64,000 nucleotides of DNA. Origin: an uncultured Rhodospirillaceae bacterium (GTDB lineage: Bacteria > Pseudomonadota > Alphaproteobacteria > UBA8366). The stretch covers positions 408,779-472,778 of the forward strand of contig CAYPAV010000001.1 of assembly GCA_964408805.1 (NCBI GenBank). The letters run 5' to 3'. A program made the translations under genes and the position numbers. Below the pieces are notes generated by a model. It was not told the DNA's origin, did not search any database, and saw nothing but the letters and a program-made list of their open reading frames with translations. Positions 45,773-55,482 of this stretch are shown here, in pieces. The number at the start of each line of letters is the position of its first letter. Within the stretch, counting starts at the first letter, position 1.

Positions 45773-48640
45773 ATGGCGAATACGGAACCGACGTTGGAGG
45801 CATTGGAGGCCCGGGACGACTTCGTCGGCCGCCATATCGGCCTTCGCTGGGGCGATATCGAAGACATGCTGGCGGTGCTCGGGCTCGATTCGATCGATGC
45901 GATGATCCGGACGGCGGTCCCGGAATCGATCCTCGATCCTCGTCCCCTGGACCTGCCGGAGAGCCGCCCCGAGACGGTTGTTCTAACCGAGCTCCGCGCC
46001 ATGGCCGACGCCAACAAGCCGATGACGTCACTTATCGGCATGGGTTACTACAATTCCACGACGCCGACGGTCGTGCTGCGGAACGTTCTCGAAAATCCCG
46101 GCTGGTACACCGCCTATACCCCCTATCAGCCCGAGATTTCGCAAGGCCGCTTGGAGGCGTTGCTGAACTTCCAGACCATGGTCTCCGATCTAACCGGCCT
46201 GGAAATCGCCAACGCCTCGCTCCTCGACGAGGCGACCGCGGCGGCCGAGGCGATGACTATGTGCCGCCGGGTCAACAAACACGACAGCAACGGCTTCTTC
46301 GTCGCCGAGGATTGCCACCCCCAAACCATTGCCGTGCTGCAAACACGGGCGGCCCCGCTCGGCATCGAGGTGATTGTCGGCGATCCCATGCGCGAGCTCG
46401 ATCCCGCCGCTGTCTACGGCGCCTTGCTGCAATATCCCGGCAGCGGCGGCGCGGTTCCCGACTATCGTGTCCTCGCCGAGCAACTCAAGGCGGCGGGGGC
46501 GATGGTCGTCGTGGCGACCGACCTACTGGCGCTGACCTTACTGAGTCCGCCCGGGGAATGGGGGGCGGACGTCGCCGTCGGCAGCGCCCAGCGGTTCGGG
46601 GTGCCGCTCGGCTTCGGCGGGCCGCATGCGGCGTTTTTCGCGACCAGCGACAAGCACAAACGGGCGATGCCGGGGCGCCTTGTCGGCGTCTCGATCGACA
46701 GCGGCGGGCGGCCCGCCCTTCGCCTAGCCCTGCAGACTCGCGAACAGCATATCCGGCGCGAGAAGGCGACCAGCAATATCTGCACGGCGCAGGTCCTGCT
46801 CGCGGTGATGGCCGGTCTCTACGCGGTTTATCACGGGCCCGAGCGGTTGCGAACGATCGCGACCCGAACCCATCGCCTGACCGCGATCCTTGCGGAAGGG
46901 CTTCGACGCTCCGGAATCGAGGTCCTCAACGAGACCTTTTTCGATACCTTGACGATTCGCGTGGACGCGGCGGCGCCCGTTCATGCGCGCGCGCGGGACC
47001 GGGGCTACAATCTCCGGGAAGTCGACGAAACGACGATCGGCTTGTCGCTCGACGAGCGCGGCACCCGTCACGACGTGACCGCCCTTTGGGACATTCTTAC
47101 GGATGCGTCCCCGGACCTGGCGGCGATCGAAGCCGACCGACCCTCCGCGCTACCGGACGATCTTCGTCGCGAAAGCGACTTTCTCACCCATCCGGCCTTC
47201 AACAGTCATCACGCCGAGACAGAGATGCTCCGTTATCTGCGCCAGTTGCAGCAGAAGGACATCGCCCTCGACCGCTCGATGATCCCGCTCGGCTCCTGCA
47301 CCATGAAGCTGAATGCGACGACCGAGATGATCCCCATCAGCTGGCCTGAATTCGCCGACATTCATCCTTTCGTGCCGGCCGACCAGGCGGCGGGTTATCA
47401 CCGGCTGATCGACGGGCTGGAGGACGCGCTCTGCCGAATCACGGGTTTCGCCGCGGTCTCGCTCCAACCGAATGCGGGCTCGCAGGGCGAGTTCGCGGGC
47501 CTGCTGGCGATCCGCCGCTATCACGAGAGCCGGGGCGAGGGCGAGCGCGACGTCTGCCTCATCCCAAGCTCGGCCCACGGCACCAACCCCGCCAGTGCCG
47601 TCATGGCGGGCATGCGGGTGATCGTGGTCGACTGCGATGAGGACGGTAATATCGATCTGGCCGATCTGGTGGAAAGGGCGGCGGCGCACGGCGCCGCACT
47701 CGCCGCGCTGATGGTGACCTATCCCTCGACCCACGGCGTCTTCGAGGCCGGCATCCGCGAGATCTGCGAGATCGTCCATGGTCATGGCGGGCAGGTCTAT
47801 ATGGACGGGGCCAATCTGAACGCACTGGTCGGTCTCGCACGGCCCGGCGAATTCGGTCCCGACGTGGCCCATCTCAATCTTCACAAGACCTTCTGCATTC
47901 CCCATGGCGGCGGCGGTCCCGGAGTCGGGCCGATCGGTGTCGCGGCCCATCTCGAGTCCTTCCTGCCGGGACCCGCGCATCTTTCGGGCGACTCCCCGCC
48001 GGTTTCGGCGGCCCCTTGGGGCAGCGCGGGCATCTTGGCGATTTCTTGGACCTATATCGCCTTGATGGGAGCGGGCGGCCTCAAGCGCGCGACAGAGGCC
48101 GCAATCCTGAGCGCCAATTACATCGCGCGGCGGCTCGAGCCGCATTATCCCGTCCTCTACAAGGGGGCGGGCGGCCTGGTGGCGCATGAATGCATCATCG
48201 ACGTTCGCGCGTTCAAGGACAGCGCCGGCATCGGCGTCGACGATATCGCGAAGCGGCTGATGGATTACGGGTTTCACGCACCGACCATGTCCTGGCCGGT
48301 CGCGGGAACGTTGATGATCGAGCCGACCGAGAGCGAGCCCAAATCCGAACTCGACCGGTTCTGCGAAGCGATGATCGCGATCCGTGCTGAAATCGGCGAC
48401 ATCGAATCGGGCGCCGCCGGCCGCGAGGACAACCCCCTGGTCCTGGCGCCGCATACGCTGGACGATCTCGTCGGCGACTGGGATCGCGCCTATACCCGCG
48501 AGACCGCCGCCTATCCGGTACCGGCGCTACGGGCGGACAAATACTGGCCGCCGGTCAACCGGGTCGACCAAGTCCACGGGGACCGCCATCTCGTCTGCGC
48601 CTGTCCGCCCGTCGAGGCCGATCTCGACGCGGCCGAGTAG
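45773..48640 (+). CDS. gcvP: Glycine dehydrogenase (decarboxylating), single-chain P protein
   Basis: 955 aa with [21 protein letters not shown] and the PLP-lysine block [16 protein letters not shown]. Confidence 0.95.
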   Translation: MANTEPTLEALEARDDFVGRHIGLRWGDIEDMLAVLGLDSIDAMIRTAVPESILDPRPLDLPESRPETVVLTELRAMADANKPMTSLIGMGYYNSTTPTVVLRNVLENPGWYTAYTPYQPEISQGRLEALLNFQTMVSDLTGLEIANASLLDEATAAAEAMTMCRRVNKHDSNGFFVAEDCHPQTIAVLQTRAAPLGIEVIVGDPMRELDPAAVYGALLQYPGSGGAVPDYRVLAEQLKAAGAMVVVATDLLALTLLSPPGEWGADVAVGSAQRFGVPLGFGGPHAAFFATSDKHKRAMPGRLVGVSIDSGGRPALRLALQTREQHIRREKATSNICTAQVLLAVMAGLYAVYHGPERLRTIATRTHRLTAILAEGLRRSGIEVLNETFFDTLTIRVDAAAPVHARARDRGYNLREVDETTIGLSLDERGTRHDVTALWDILTDASPDLAAIEADRPSALPDDLRRESDFLTHPAFNSHHAETEMLRYLRQLQQKDIALDRSMIPLGSCTMKLNATTEMIPISWPEFADIHPFVPADQAAGYHRLIDGLEDALCRITGFAAVSLQPNAGSQGEFAGLLAIRRYHESRGEGERDVCLIPSSAHGTNPASAVMAGMRVIVVDCDEDGNIDLADLVERAAAHGAALAALMVTYPSTHGVFEAGIREICEIVHGHGGQVYMDGANLNALVGLARPGEFGPDVAHLNLHKTFCIPHGGGGPGVGPIGVAAHLESFLPGPAHLSGDSPPVSAAPWGSAGILAISWTYIALMGAGGLKRATEAAILSANYIARRLEPHYPVLYKGAGGLVAHECIIDVRAFKDSAGIGVDDIAKRLMDYGFHAPTMSWPVAGTLMIEPTESEPKSELDRFCEAMIAIRAEIGDIESGAAGREDNPLVLAPHTLDDLVGDWDRAYTRETAAYPVPALRADKYWPPVNRVDQVHGDRHLVCACPPVEADLDAAE

Positions 48641-48656
48641 GCGAGGGTCAAACCGA

Positions 48657-49274
48657 TCAGAGGATATTGTCGTCGTCGGCGACGAGGTTGGTAAGGGCCG
48701 ACATGTTGCTCCGAAGGGCGCGGCGGTTGATCAGCTTGCTCTGCGCCATGTTCGGAAAATCGGTGAAGTTGATCACGTTCTTGCCGATCAGGACATCGAT
48801 CAGATCCTCGGTGATCCGGGCCATCTCCATGTCGGAGGCGTCGAGTTGCGTTTGCGTGGAGCCATCGGAATCGCCAGGGGCGTCGGCCGTCGGTTGTGGC
48901 GCCGCCGCCTGTTGGTCCGGGGCCGCCTGTTGGTCCGTGGCTGGCGATGGCGCGGGTTGCGGCGGCGGTTCGGCCGGCGGCTCGGTCCTGGGCGGGGGTT
49001 CGGACACTGCCGCCGTCATGGGCGGTGTCTCTGGCACGGGCGGCGCTTCCGCAATTGGTTGCGGCATCGGTGGCGGTTCCGGCGGCGGGGTCGCCACTGC
49101 AGTTGCCGCGACACTATACGCCGCCCCGCCATGCCCGGCCGACTGTGTCGGCGCCAGGCCGAGAAACTTCAAGAGCTCGGGATCGTTGGCGCGTACCCGC
49201 TCCTTCGAATCCCGGCGGGGTCGGTCGAACACCGCCGTGATGCGCCCGGCGGCGGAGCGTTTGACGTAAGGCAT
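48657..49274 (-). CDS. Hypothetical protein with a Pro/Ala/Gln-rich central linker
   Basis: Start moved to ATG 49274 (MPYVKRSAAGRITAVF). The ordered N- and C-terminal parts (C-terminal MEMARITEDLIDVLIGKNVINFTDFPNMAQSKLINRR) flank a ~90-aa PPEPPPMPQP.../TDQQAAPDQQAAAPQ low-complexity region. No family recognised. Confidence 0.55.
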   Translation of the reverse strand: MPYVKRSAAGRITAVFDRPRRDSKERVRANDPELLKFLGLAPTQSAGHGGAAYSVAATAVATPPPEPPPMPQPIAEAPPVPETPPMTAAVSEPPPRTEPPAEPPPQPAPSPATDQQAAPDQQAAAPQPTADAPGDSDGSTQTQLDASDMEMARITEDLIDVLIGKNVINFTDFPNMAQSKLINRRALRSNMSALTNLVADDDNIL

Positions 49275-49409
49275 CCTGCGCCTGTCTTTCGTCGTTCGGG
49301 CCTCGATCCTAAGCGCCGCCGGGGCGCCTGACAACGCACGCAATTCCTAGTTCCAATTGTGGCATTGCTCTACAATTTAGCCAGCGAATGAACAGAAGGA
49401 AGCCGCTGG

Positions 49410-50462
49410 ATGTCGGATATCCCCCGGTTCGGCCGGGAACGACAACTTCTCGAATTCGAATATGAAGGGCGCGCCGGCGAGCTGCTGCCGATCGTCCTGG
49501 TCAATTCCCTACTGAACATCGTCACCCTCACCATCTACGGGTTCTGGGGCAAGACCCGGGTGCGCCGTTATCTTTGGCAAGGCGTCACAGTTCTCGGCGA
49601 TCGCTTCGAATACACCGGCACGGGCGGCGAGTTGTTCAAGGGATTCCTCATCGTGTTTTTCGCTGTTCTGCTGCCGTTCGCCATTCTCAGCGGTGTGATC
49701 GAGGCGAATTTTAACGAGGAGGACTCCGAATATATATTTTTCAAATTGGCCTTCGGTCTGGTGTTCGTCTTTCTGCTCGGCATTGCCGTTTATCGGGCGC
49801 GACGCTATCGGCTGAGCCGCACGATGTGGCGCGGCGTGCGCGGCGGTCAGACAGGCTCCGCCGTCGCTTATGCCGGCGCGTATTTCGGTTGGTTGATCTT
49901 GAACGGGCTTACCCTTAGCTGGACCTATCCCAAGATGCGGCTGGAGTTGATGCGGCGGGTAATGAACAACACCTATTTCGGCGATCGGCGGTTTCACTTC
50001 GAGGGCGAAGCCGGGCCGCTGTATCGCAGTTTCGCGATCGCTTGGGGGGCGATCGTCGGGCTCCTGATCGTACTCGGCGCGCTGGCGATGTTGAGCGAGG
50101 CCGAAGCCGTGCTGCCGCTCCTCGTGATCGTGGTGTTCCTCGTCGTCCTGCCGATCGTGTTCGCGATATACAAGGCGGCGGAGATTCGCCATTTCGCGCG
50201 TTGCACAACCTTGGAGGGGCTGGAGTTCGAATTGGAAGCGACCGCCGGCAGCCTGATGGGGTTGGTAGCGGGCAACACGCTGATCAATGTGTTGACCCTG
50301 GGATTCGGTCTTCCCTTCGCGCAGCTCCGCACCTTCAGGTATGTTTGCATCCGCCTAAAGGCGCAAGGCACGATCGATATCGAGGCCATCCTGCAAAGCG
50401 CCGACAAAGGGCCCGGCGTCGGCGAGGGGTTGGCGGATGCCCTCGATGTCGGCGCCGTCTAG
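49410..50462 (+). CDS. DUF898 (YjgN) family membrane protein
   Basis: 350 aa with EFEYEGRAGELLPIVLVNSLLNIVTLTIYGFWGKTRVRRYLW at the N-terminus and a repeated FxGxxxxxY/F...LTLG...P architecture across ~8 TM. Confidence 0.8.
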   Translation: MSDIPRFGRERQLLEFEYEGRAGELLPIVLVNSLLNIVTLTIYGFWGKTRVRRYLWQGVTVLGDRFEYTGTGGELFKGFLIVFFAVLLPFAILSGVIEANFNEEDSEYIFFKLAFGLVFVFLLGIAVYRARRYRLSRTMWRGVRGGQTGSAVAYAGAYFGWLILNGLTLSWTYPKMRLELMRRVMNNTYFGDRRFHFEGEAGPLYRSFAIAWGAIVGLLIVLGALAMLSEAEAVLPLLVIVVFLVVLPIVFAIYKAAEIRHFARCTTLEGLEFELEATAGSLMGLVAGNTLINVLTLGFGLPFAQLRTFRYVCIRLKAQGTIDIEAILQSADKGPGVGEGLADALDVGAV

Positions 50463-50468
50463 CGTCGG

Positions 50469-51539
50469 GTGTCCAACGGGATCTATTTCGACGGCCGCTC
50501 GGCGCGGCGTCACGACGTCCGGGTCGTGCTGGTCGGCGAGACGCTGGAAATTCGAGGCGCCACCGGCGGGCCGCTGGCGCGCTGGCCCGTAGCCGAGTTG
50601 ACGGCCGTTGCCGAAGGGGGCGAGGGGCGGCTTCGTATCCAGCGCCGCGACGGCGACGAGGCCCGGCTGATCCTGGATGACGCGGGGCTTGCCGACCGAT
50701 TGGCCAATTTGGCGCCGGACCTCCGGCCGGGGCCAAGGCGCCGGCGGACGGTCGGTTTCCATTTTATCTTGGTTGTCCTGCTGGTGGCGGTATTCGGGAC
50801 CGCCGTCTATTACGGAGTTCCGGCCCTGTCGCGGCCCCTGGCCCGGATCGTGCCGCTTTCCTGGGAGGAGAAGCTCGGCCGAATCGCGATGCGATCGATT
50901 CTGGGCGAGGCCAAACCTTGCCATTCGCCGCAAGGGGATCGGGCGCTCGATGCTCTGGCGAACCGCCTGACGGCGGTGATGACGCTGCCCTATCCGGTCG
51001 ATATCGCGATCGTCGATATGGCGCGGGAAAATGCCTTTGCCGCCCCCGGCGGACACGTCGTCGTCGGCGCCAAGCTTATCGCCGCGATGGAAAGTCCCGA
51101 CGAACTGGCGGGGGTTCTGGCGCATGAGCTGGGCCATGTCGAAGCCCGCCATCCGATCGCCGGCGCCATTCGAATCCTCGGCCTCTCGCTCCTGTTCGAT
51201 ATGATGGTCGGCGGCGAAACCGGTATCGCCGACAACATCGCAAAGGGGGCGGGGCTGTTGTTGGCGCTCTCCTATTCCCGCGACGACGAACGCGCGGCCG
51301 ACCGGACCGCCGTCGAGACGCTGCGCCGGGTCGGCATCCGCGCCGATGGTCTGCGGCAATTTTTCGAGCGTCTGGCAAAGACGCATGGGGCCGGGGCCGG
51401 CATTCTCGCCTGGATCAACACCCATCCGAGTTTTTCCGAACGCATCGACAAGAGCACGGTCGCACCCAATCGCAATCTTCCGCCTGCTCTTCCACCGGCC
51501 GCGTGGACGGCGCTGAAGACGATTTGCGACGGAAATTAA
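50469..51539 (+). CDS. M48 family zinc metallopeptidase with an N-terminal cytoplasmic domain and TM anchor
   Basis: GTG start 6 nt after the DUF898 stop. The N-terminal ~90 aa soluble domain (GIYFDGRSARRHDV...) is followed by a TM helix, HELGHVEARH and a downstream SRDDEREAD-like block. Confidence 0.85.
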   Translation: MSNGIYFDGRSARRHDVRVVLVGETLEIRGATGGPLARWPVAELTAVAEGGEGRLRIQRRDGDEARLILDDAGLADRLANLAPDLRPGPRRRRTVGFHFILVVLLVAVFGTAVYYGVPALSRPLARIVPLSWEEKLGRIAMRSILGEAKPCHSPQGDRALDALANRLTAVMTLPYPVDIAIVDMARENAFAAPGGHVVVGAKLIAAMESPDELAGVLAHELGHVEARHPIAGAIRILGLSLLFDMMVGGETGIADNIAKGAGLLLALSYSRDDERAADRTAVETLRRVGIRADGLRQFFERLAKTHGAGAGILAWINTHPSFSERIDKSTVAPNRNLPPALPPAAWTALKTICDGN

Positions 51540-51552
51540 TAGCCCGGCCACC

Positions 51553-52959
51553 TTAAGAAACCGCGACGACCCCGCTCATCCCGGCCGCGGCGTGTTCGAG
51601 GACATGGCAATGGAACAGCCATTTTCCCGGATTGTCGGCGACGAGCGCCACTTCCGCCGTCTCGCGCGGGTCGACCAGCACCGTATCCGACCAGACCGGC
51701 GGATCGACCGGTCGGCCGTCCCGGCGCAGGAGCTTCATCGGGTGGCCGTGGAGATGCATCGGATGCGGCCAGGCGGTCTCGTTCCGGAACTTGAGAATAT
51801 AGCTTCGTCCGCGCGACAGGCGCAGCATCGGAGTCATCGCCATGCCGTGCGCCGCGATCCCGTTGATCGCCCAGACCTTCTTGTGCTGGGCGAGGGTGCG
51901 GATATCCATCTCCTGGCCCTTGAAAGTGGCGCTTACCATGCCGCCCATGGCGCCGCCCGTCAGCAGCACGTCGTGCCGGGCGGCCCCGGCGAGATCGGGT
52001 TCGGCCAGCGGGTTCGCTTCGAGGGCCAGGGGCGCATCGAGCGGTGAGTCGCGAAGCGGCGGGTCCGGCGCATAGACGAGATCGAGATATTTGTAATTCT
52101 GCCGCCGATAGTAACTGTCCGTGACCGCATAACGGGACCCGGGTTTCCCGCCGAGATCCACGATGATATCGGCGCGCTGCGCCGGTGCCAGCACGATGCG
52201 CCCGTCCTTTGGTGTATGCGGCCGGGTCGGCTGGCCTTCCCGCGCGATCACGACCGGTTTGTGTCCCTCGAAGGTCAAGGCGAAGTTGCGCGCGTTGGCC
52301 GTGTTGATGAGGCGAAGGCGGAGACGCTCGCCGGCGCGGACCTGGAAGGTGCCGCTGTCGATCCCGTTCAGACTGGCGACATTGCCGATGCGGCCGGCAT
52401 GGCTCAGCACGCCAAGTTGATCGAAGGGTTCGACCAGCCGCCCCTCCCGGTCGATCCGCCAGTCGTCGATCACCCAGACGATATCTCGATCGACGTTGGG
52501 CGGGTTCCTTTCCTCGATGATAAAGGCGCCCTGCAATCCGCGCTCGATCTGTTCCGAGGTTTGCAGGTGGGCGTGATACCAGTAGGTGCCGGCGTCGGGG
52601 AGCGAAAATTCGTAATTGAAGCCGGCTCCCGGCGCCACCGGCGGTTGGGTGAGATAAGGCACGCCGTCCATCGCGTTCGGCACCCGAAGCCCGTGCCAGT
52701 GCACCGTCGTCGGCACGTCGAGGTCGTTCTTGAATTCGATCCGCGCCTGGCCGCCTTGGCACATTCGAATCTCGGGGCCCGGCACCTTGCCGTTATAAGC
52801 CCAGACCGGAGTCTTCCGGGCCGCCGGCCCCAACAGCGGTACCTCGGTCGCCGCGGCCCTGAGGGAGAACGCGCCCGGCGTGGCGGCCGCGCCCAAGCGC
52901 GAGAGCAGCGGGGCCGCGCCGAGGGCGCCGCTTCCAGCTAGAAAGCGCCGTCGATCCAT
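51553..52959 (-). CDS. Tat-exported multicopper oxidase
   Basis: Twin-arginine signal MDRRRFLAGSGALGAA. Copper-ligand blocks TTVHWHGL, YWYHAH, HPMHLHGH and LFHCHVLEHAAAGM. Confidence 0.87.
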   Translation of the reverse strand: MDRRRFLAGSGALGAAPLLSRLGAAATPGAFSLRAAATEVPLLGPAARKTPVWAYNGKVPGPEIRMCQGGQARIEFKNDLDVPTTVHWHGLRVPNAMDGVPYLTQPPVAPGAGFNYEFSLPDAGTYWYHAHLQTSEQIERGLQGAFIIEERNPPNVDRDIVWVIDDWRIDREGRLVEPFDQLGVLSHAGRIGNVASLNGIDSGTFQVRAGERLRLRLINTANARNFALTFEGHKPVVIAREGQPTRPHTPKDGRIVLAPAQRADIIVDLGGKPGSRYAVTDSYYRRQNYKYLDLVYAPDPPLRDSPLDAPLALEANPLAEPDLAGAARHDVLLTGGAMGGMVSATFKGQEMDIRTLAQHKKVWAINGIAAHGMAMTPMLRLSRGRSYILKFRNETAWPHPMHLHGHPMKLLRRDGRPVDPPVWSDTVLVDPRETAEVALVADNPGKWLFHCHVLEHAAAGMSGVVAVS

Positions 52960-52970
52960 GGAACCTCACG

Positions 52971-54149
52971 TCAAATAGATGTGACCTTTCGCGCCACCAT
53001 ATCCTCGATCGCGGCGGGGTCGTAACCGTGCGCCGCCAAAATCTCCTCGCTGTGCTCGCCGATCCCCGGTGAATGGGCCAGGTCGTTCTGCTGATCGAAC
53101 GGCGTTAGGCCCGGCACGTTCGGCACCGGAACGCGGCCGACACCGGGATGATCGAGCCAGGAGATCAGCCCCGTTGCCTTGACCTGTGGATGTTCGAGGA
53201 ATTCGAGGTAGCTGTTGACGCGCTCGTGCATGATCCGCGCCTCGATCAGCTTCGCCGACAGTTCCTCACAGGTCTGCCGTTTGAAGGCCGCGCGAATGGC
53301 CGGCATGATCTCGGCCTCGTGTTCCAGTCGTTCGGCATTGGTGCCGAAGCGGGGATCGCTGCCGATCTCGGGAATCCCGAGCAGGTCGCAGAGCTTCGGA
53401 AATTCCGCATCGCGGAACATCAGGATGGTGATGTAACCGCCGTCCTTGGCCTCGATCACGCCATAGGGCACGCGGCCCACCATATAGGCGCCCTTGGTGA
53501 GATGGACCATCATCATGCGAACGGCGCCGAGACAGGCCGCGCCCTGCATCAAATTGGTCTCGATCAGGCAGCCCTTGTCCTCGGATTGCCGGGCGTAAAG
53601 CGCCGCCGAGAGCGCTTGAAAGGCATAAAGCGCAGTCGCCATGTCGCAGATCACGACGCCGATCCGGTGCGGCAGACCATCGCCGCCTTCATTGACCGAC
53701 ATCAGTCCCGTGAAGGCCTGCAGCACCGGGTCCATGGCCGGGCGCTCGCGGAACGGGCCCGTCGTCCCGAATCCGGAGACCGAAAGATAGATCGCCCGGG
53801 GGCTAATCTTCGCGACCTCTTCGTATGAAAAGCCGAGGCGCTCGGTGACCCCGGGGCGGAAGTTCTCGATGAAGACATCGGCGTCCTCGATCAGCCGGCG
53901 AAGCGCCGCCTTGCCGCCTTCTTCCTTCAGGTCGAGCGAGATCGCCCGCTTGCCGAGATTGGCGGCAACCGAGAAGGCTGAGTGATTGTCGTAATCCTGG
54001 CTGATGAACCGGCCCCACTCGCCGTCCAGCGGTTCGACCTTGATCACCTCGGCGCCGTATTGCGCCATCAACATGCCCGCATAAGGGCCGGATACCCCCT
54101 GGCTGATATCGATGACCTTCAGCCCCGCAAAGGGTGCTTCGTAACCCAT
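52971..54149 (-). CDS. CoA-transferase family III (CaiB/BaiF-type)
   Basis: 392 aa with LKVIDISQGVSGPYAGMLMAQYGAEVIKVEP, ENFRPGVTERLG and the catalytic-Asp region VVICDMATA. Confidence 0.88.
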   Translation of the reverse strand: MGYEAPFAGLKVIDISQGVSGPYAGMLMAQYGAEVIKVEPLDGEWGRFISQDYDNHSAFSVAANLGKRAISLDLKEEGGKAALRRLIEDADVFIENFRPGVTERLGFSYEEVAKISPRAIYLSVSGFGTTGPFRERPAMDPVLQAFTGLMSVNEGGDGLPHRIGVVICDMATALYAFQALSAALYARQSEDKGCLIETNLMQGAACLGAVRMMMVHLTKGAYMVGRVPYGVIEAKDGGYITILMFRDAEFPKLCDLLGIPEIGSDPRFGTNAERLEHEAEIMPAIRAAFKRQTCEELSAKLIEARIMHERVNSYLEFLEHPQVKATGLISWLDHPGVGRVPVPNVPGLTPFDQQNDLAHSPGIGEHSEEILAAHGYDPAAIEDMVARKVTSI

Positions 54150-54252
54150 GATTCGAACTCGCTGCCCTGTTCTCGGTGCCTCAATATGCTATATGCCTCT
54201 AGCGGAGGCGATGGCAATCGGGTCTTCGTTTCCGGAGCGGGAGAGTGCCGGC

Positions 54253-55449
54253 ATGGACTTGCAGTTTTCCAACGAACACAGCGACTTTCAGCGCGAGGTC
54301 CGCGACTTCATTGAGGCGAAGCTGCCGCATGACATTCGCGACAAGGTCGCGCGCGGCCTGAAGCTCCACAAGGACGATTACGTGCGCTGGAACAAGATCC
54401 TGCATGAGAAGGGTTGGAGTGCCCCGGCCTGGCCAAAGAAGTACGGCGGCGCCGAGTGGAGCGCCGTTCAGCGCTATATCTTCGAGGAAGAGACCGCCCG
54501 CGGCCATTGTCCGCGTCTGATCGCCTTCGGCCTCACCATGGTCGGTCCGGTGATCTACACCTTTGGCAGCGAGGCCCAGAAGGAACGCTTCCTGCCGCCG
54601 ATCCTTTCGGCCGAGACCTTCTGGTGTCAGGGCTATTCCGAACCGGGCTCGGGCTCCGATCTCGCCTCGCTGCAAACCAAGGCGGTGCGGGACGGCGACC
54701 ACTATATCGTCAACGGCCAGAAGACCTGGACCACGATGGCGCAGATGGCGGATTGGATCTTCTGTCTGGTCCGCACCTCCAGCGAAGGCAAGAAGCAGGA
54801 GGGTATTTCCTTCCTGCTGATCGACATGAACACGCCGGGGGTCGAGGTCCGTCCGATCATCACCATGGATGGCGCCCACGAGGTCAACAGCACCTATCTC
54901 ACCGATGTCAGGGTGCCGGTCGAGAACCGCGTCGGCGAGGAGAACAAGGGCTGGACCTATGCCAAGTTCCTGCTCGGCAACGAACGGTCGGGGATCGCCC
55001 GGGTTGGCGCCTCGAAGGCCCGGCTCCAGCGTCTGAAGGAAATCGCGACGGTGGAGAAGTCGGGCGGGCGGCCGTTGCTCGAGGACAGCGACTATCGGCG
55101 CCGGATCGCCGATGTGGAGATCGGCTTGAAGGCGCTCGAATATACCGAACTTCGTTTCCTGATGGCCGCCGCCGCCGGCAACGAGCCGGGTGCGGAGGCC
55201 AGCATGCTCAAGATTCGCGGCACCGAAATCCAGCAGGAGATTTCCGAGCTTCTGATGAAGGCGATGGGTATCTACGCCCAGCCGCATTTGCCGGAAGCGA
55301 TGGAATACGGTTGGAACGAGGATGCCATCGGACCCGAGGCGACCCCCGTCGCCACGCCGACCTATCTCAATATGCGGAAGACGTCGATCTACGGCGGTAC
55401 CAACGAAATTCAGAAGAACATCATGGCCAAGATGGTGCTGGGGCTCTAA
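54253..55449 (+). CDS. Acyl-CoA dehydrogenase family protein
   Basis: Start at ATG 54253 (GGGAGAG upstream), 398 aa. Blocks WCQGYSEPGSGSDLASL, GQKTWTT and C-terminal IYGGTNEIQKNIMAK. Confidence 0.88.
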   Translation: MDLQFSNEHSDFQREVRDFIEAKLPHDIRDKVARGLKLHKDDYVRWNKILHEKGWSAPAWPKKYGGAEWSAVQRYIFEEETARGHCPRLIAFGLTMVGPVIYTFGSEAQKERFLPPILSAETFWCQGYSEPGSGSDLASLQTKAVRDGDHYIVNGQKTWTTMAQMADWIFCLVRTSSEGKKQEGISFLLIDMNTPGVEVRPIITMDGAHEVNSTYLTDVRVPVENRVGEENKGWTYAKFLLGNERSGIARVGASKARLQRLKEIATVEKSGGRPLLEDSDYRRRIADVEIGLKALEYTELRFLMAAAAGNEPGAEASMLKIRGTEIQQEISELLMKAMGIYAQPHLPEAMEYGWNEDAIGPEATPVATPTYLNMRKTSIYGGTNEIQKNIMAKMVLGL

Positions 55450-55482
55450 CCCGCTCCGGCCGGCCGAAAGGGAGATCAAGAC

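Noticed and set aside
45397-47349. 650-aa Arg/Gly-rich ORF in an alternative frame of gcvH/gcvP
   Set aside because: Extreme Arg/Gly/Pro composition and overlap with two strongly supported glycine-cleavage genes.
48890-49140. Repetitive GC-rich DNA considered as a tandem-repeat or CRISPR-like array
   Set aside because: The repeats are short, imperfect and in-frame. They encode the Pro/Ala/Gln linker of the 48657..49274 protein. There is no repeat-spacer periodicity.
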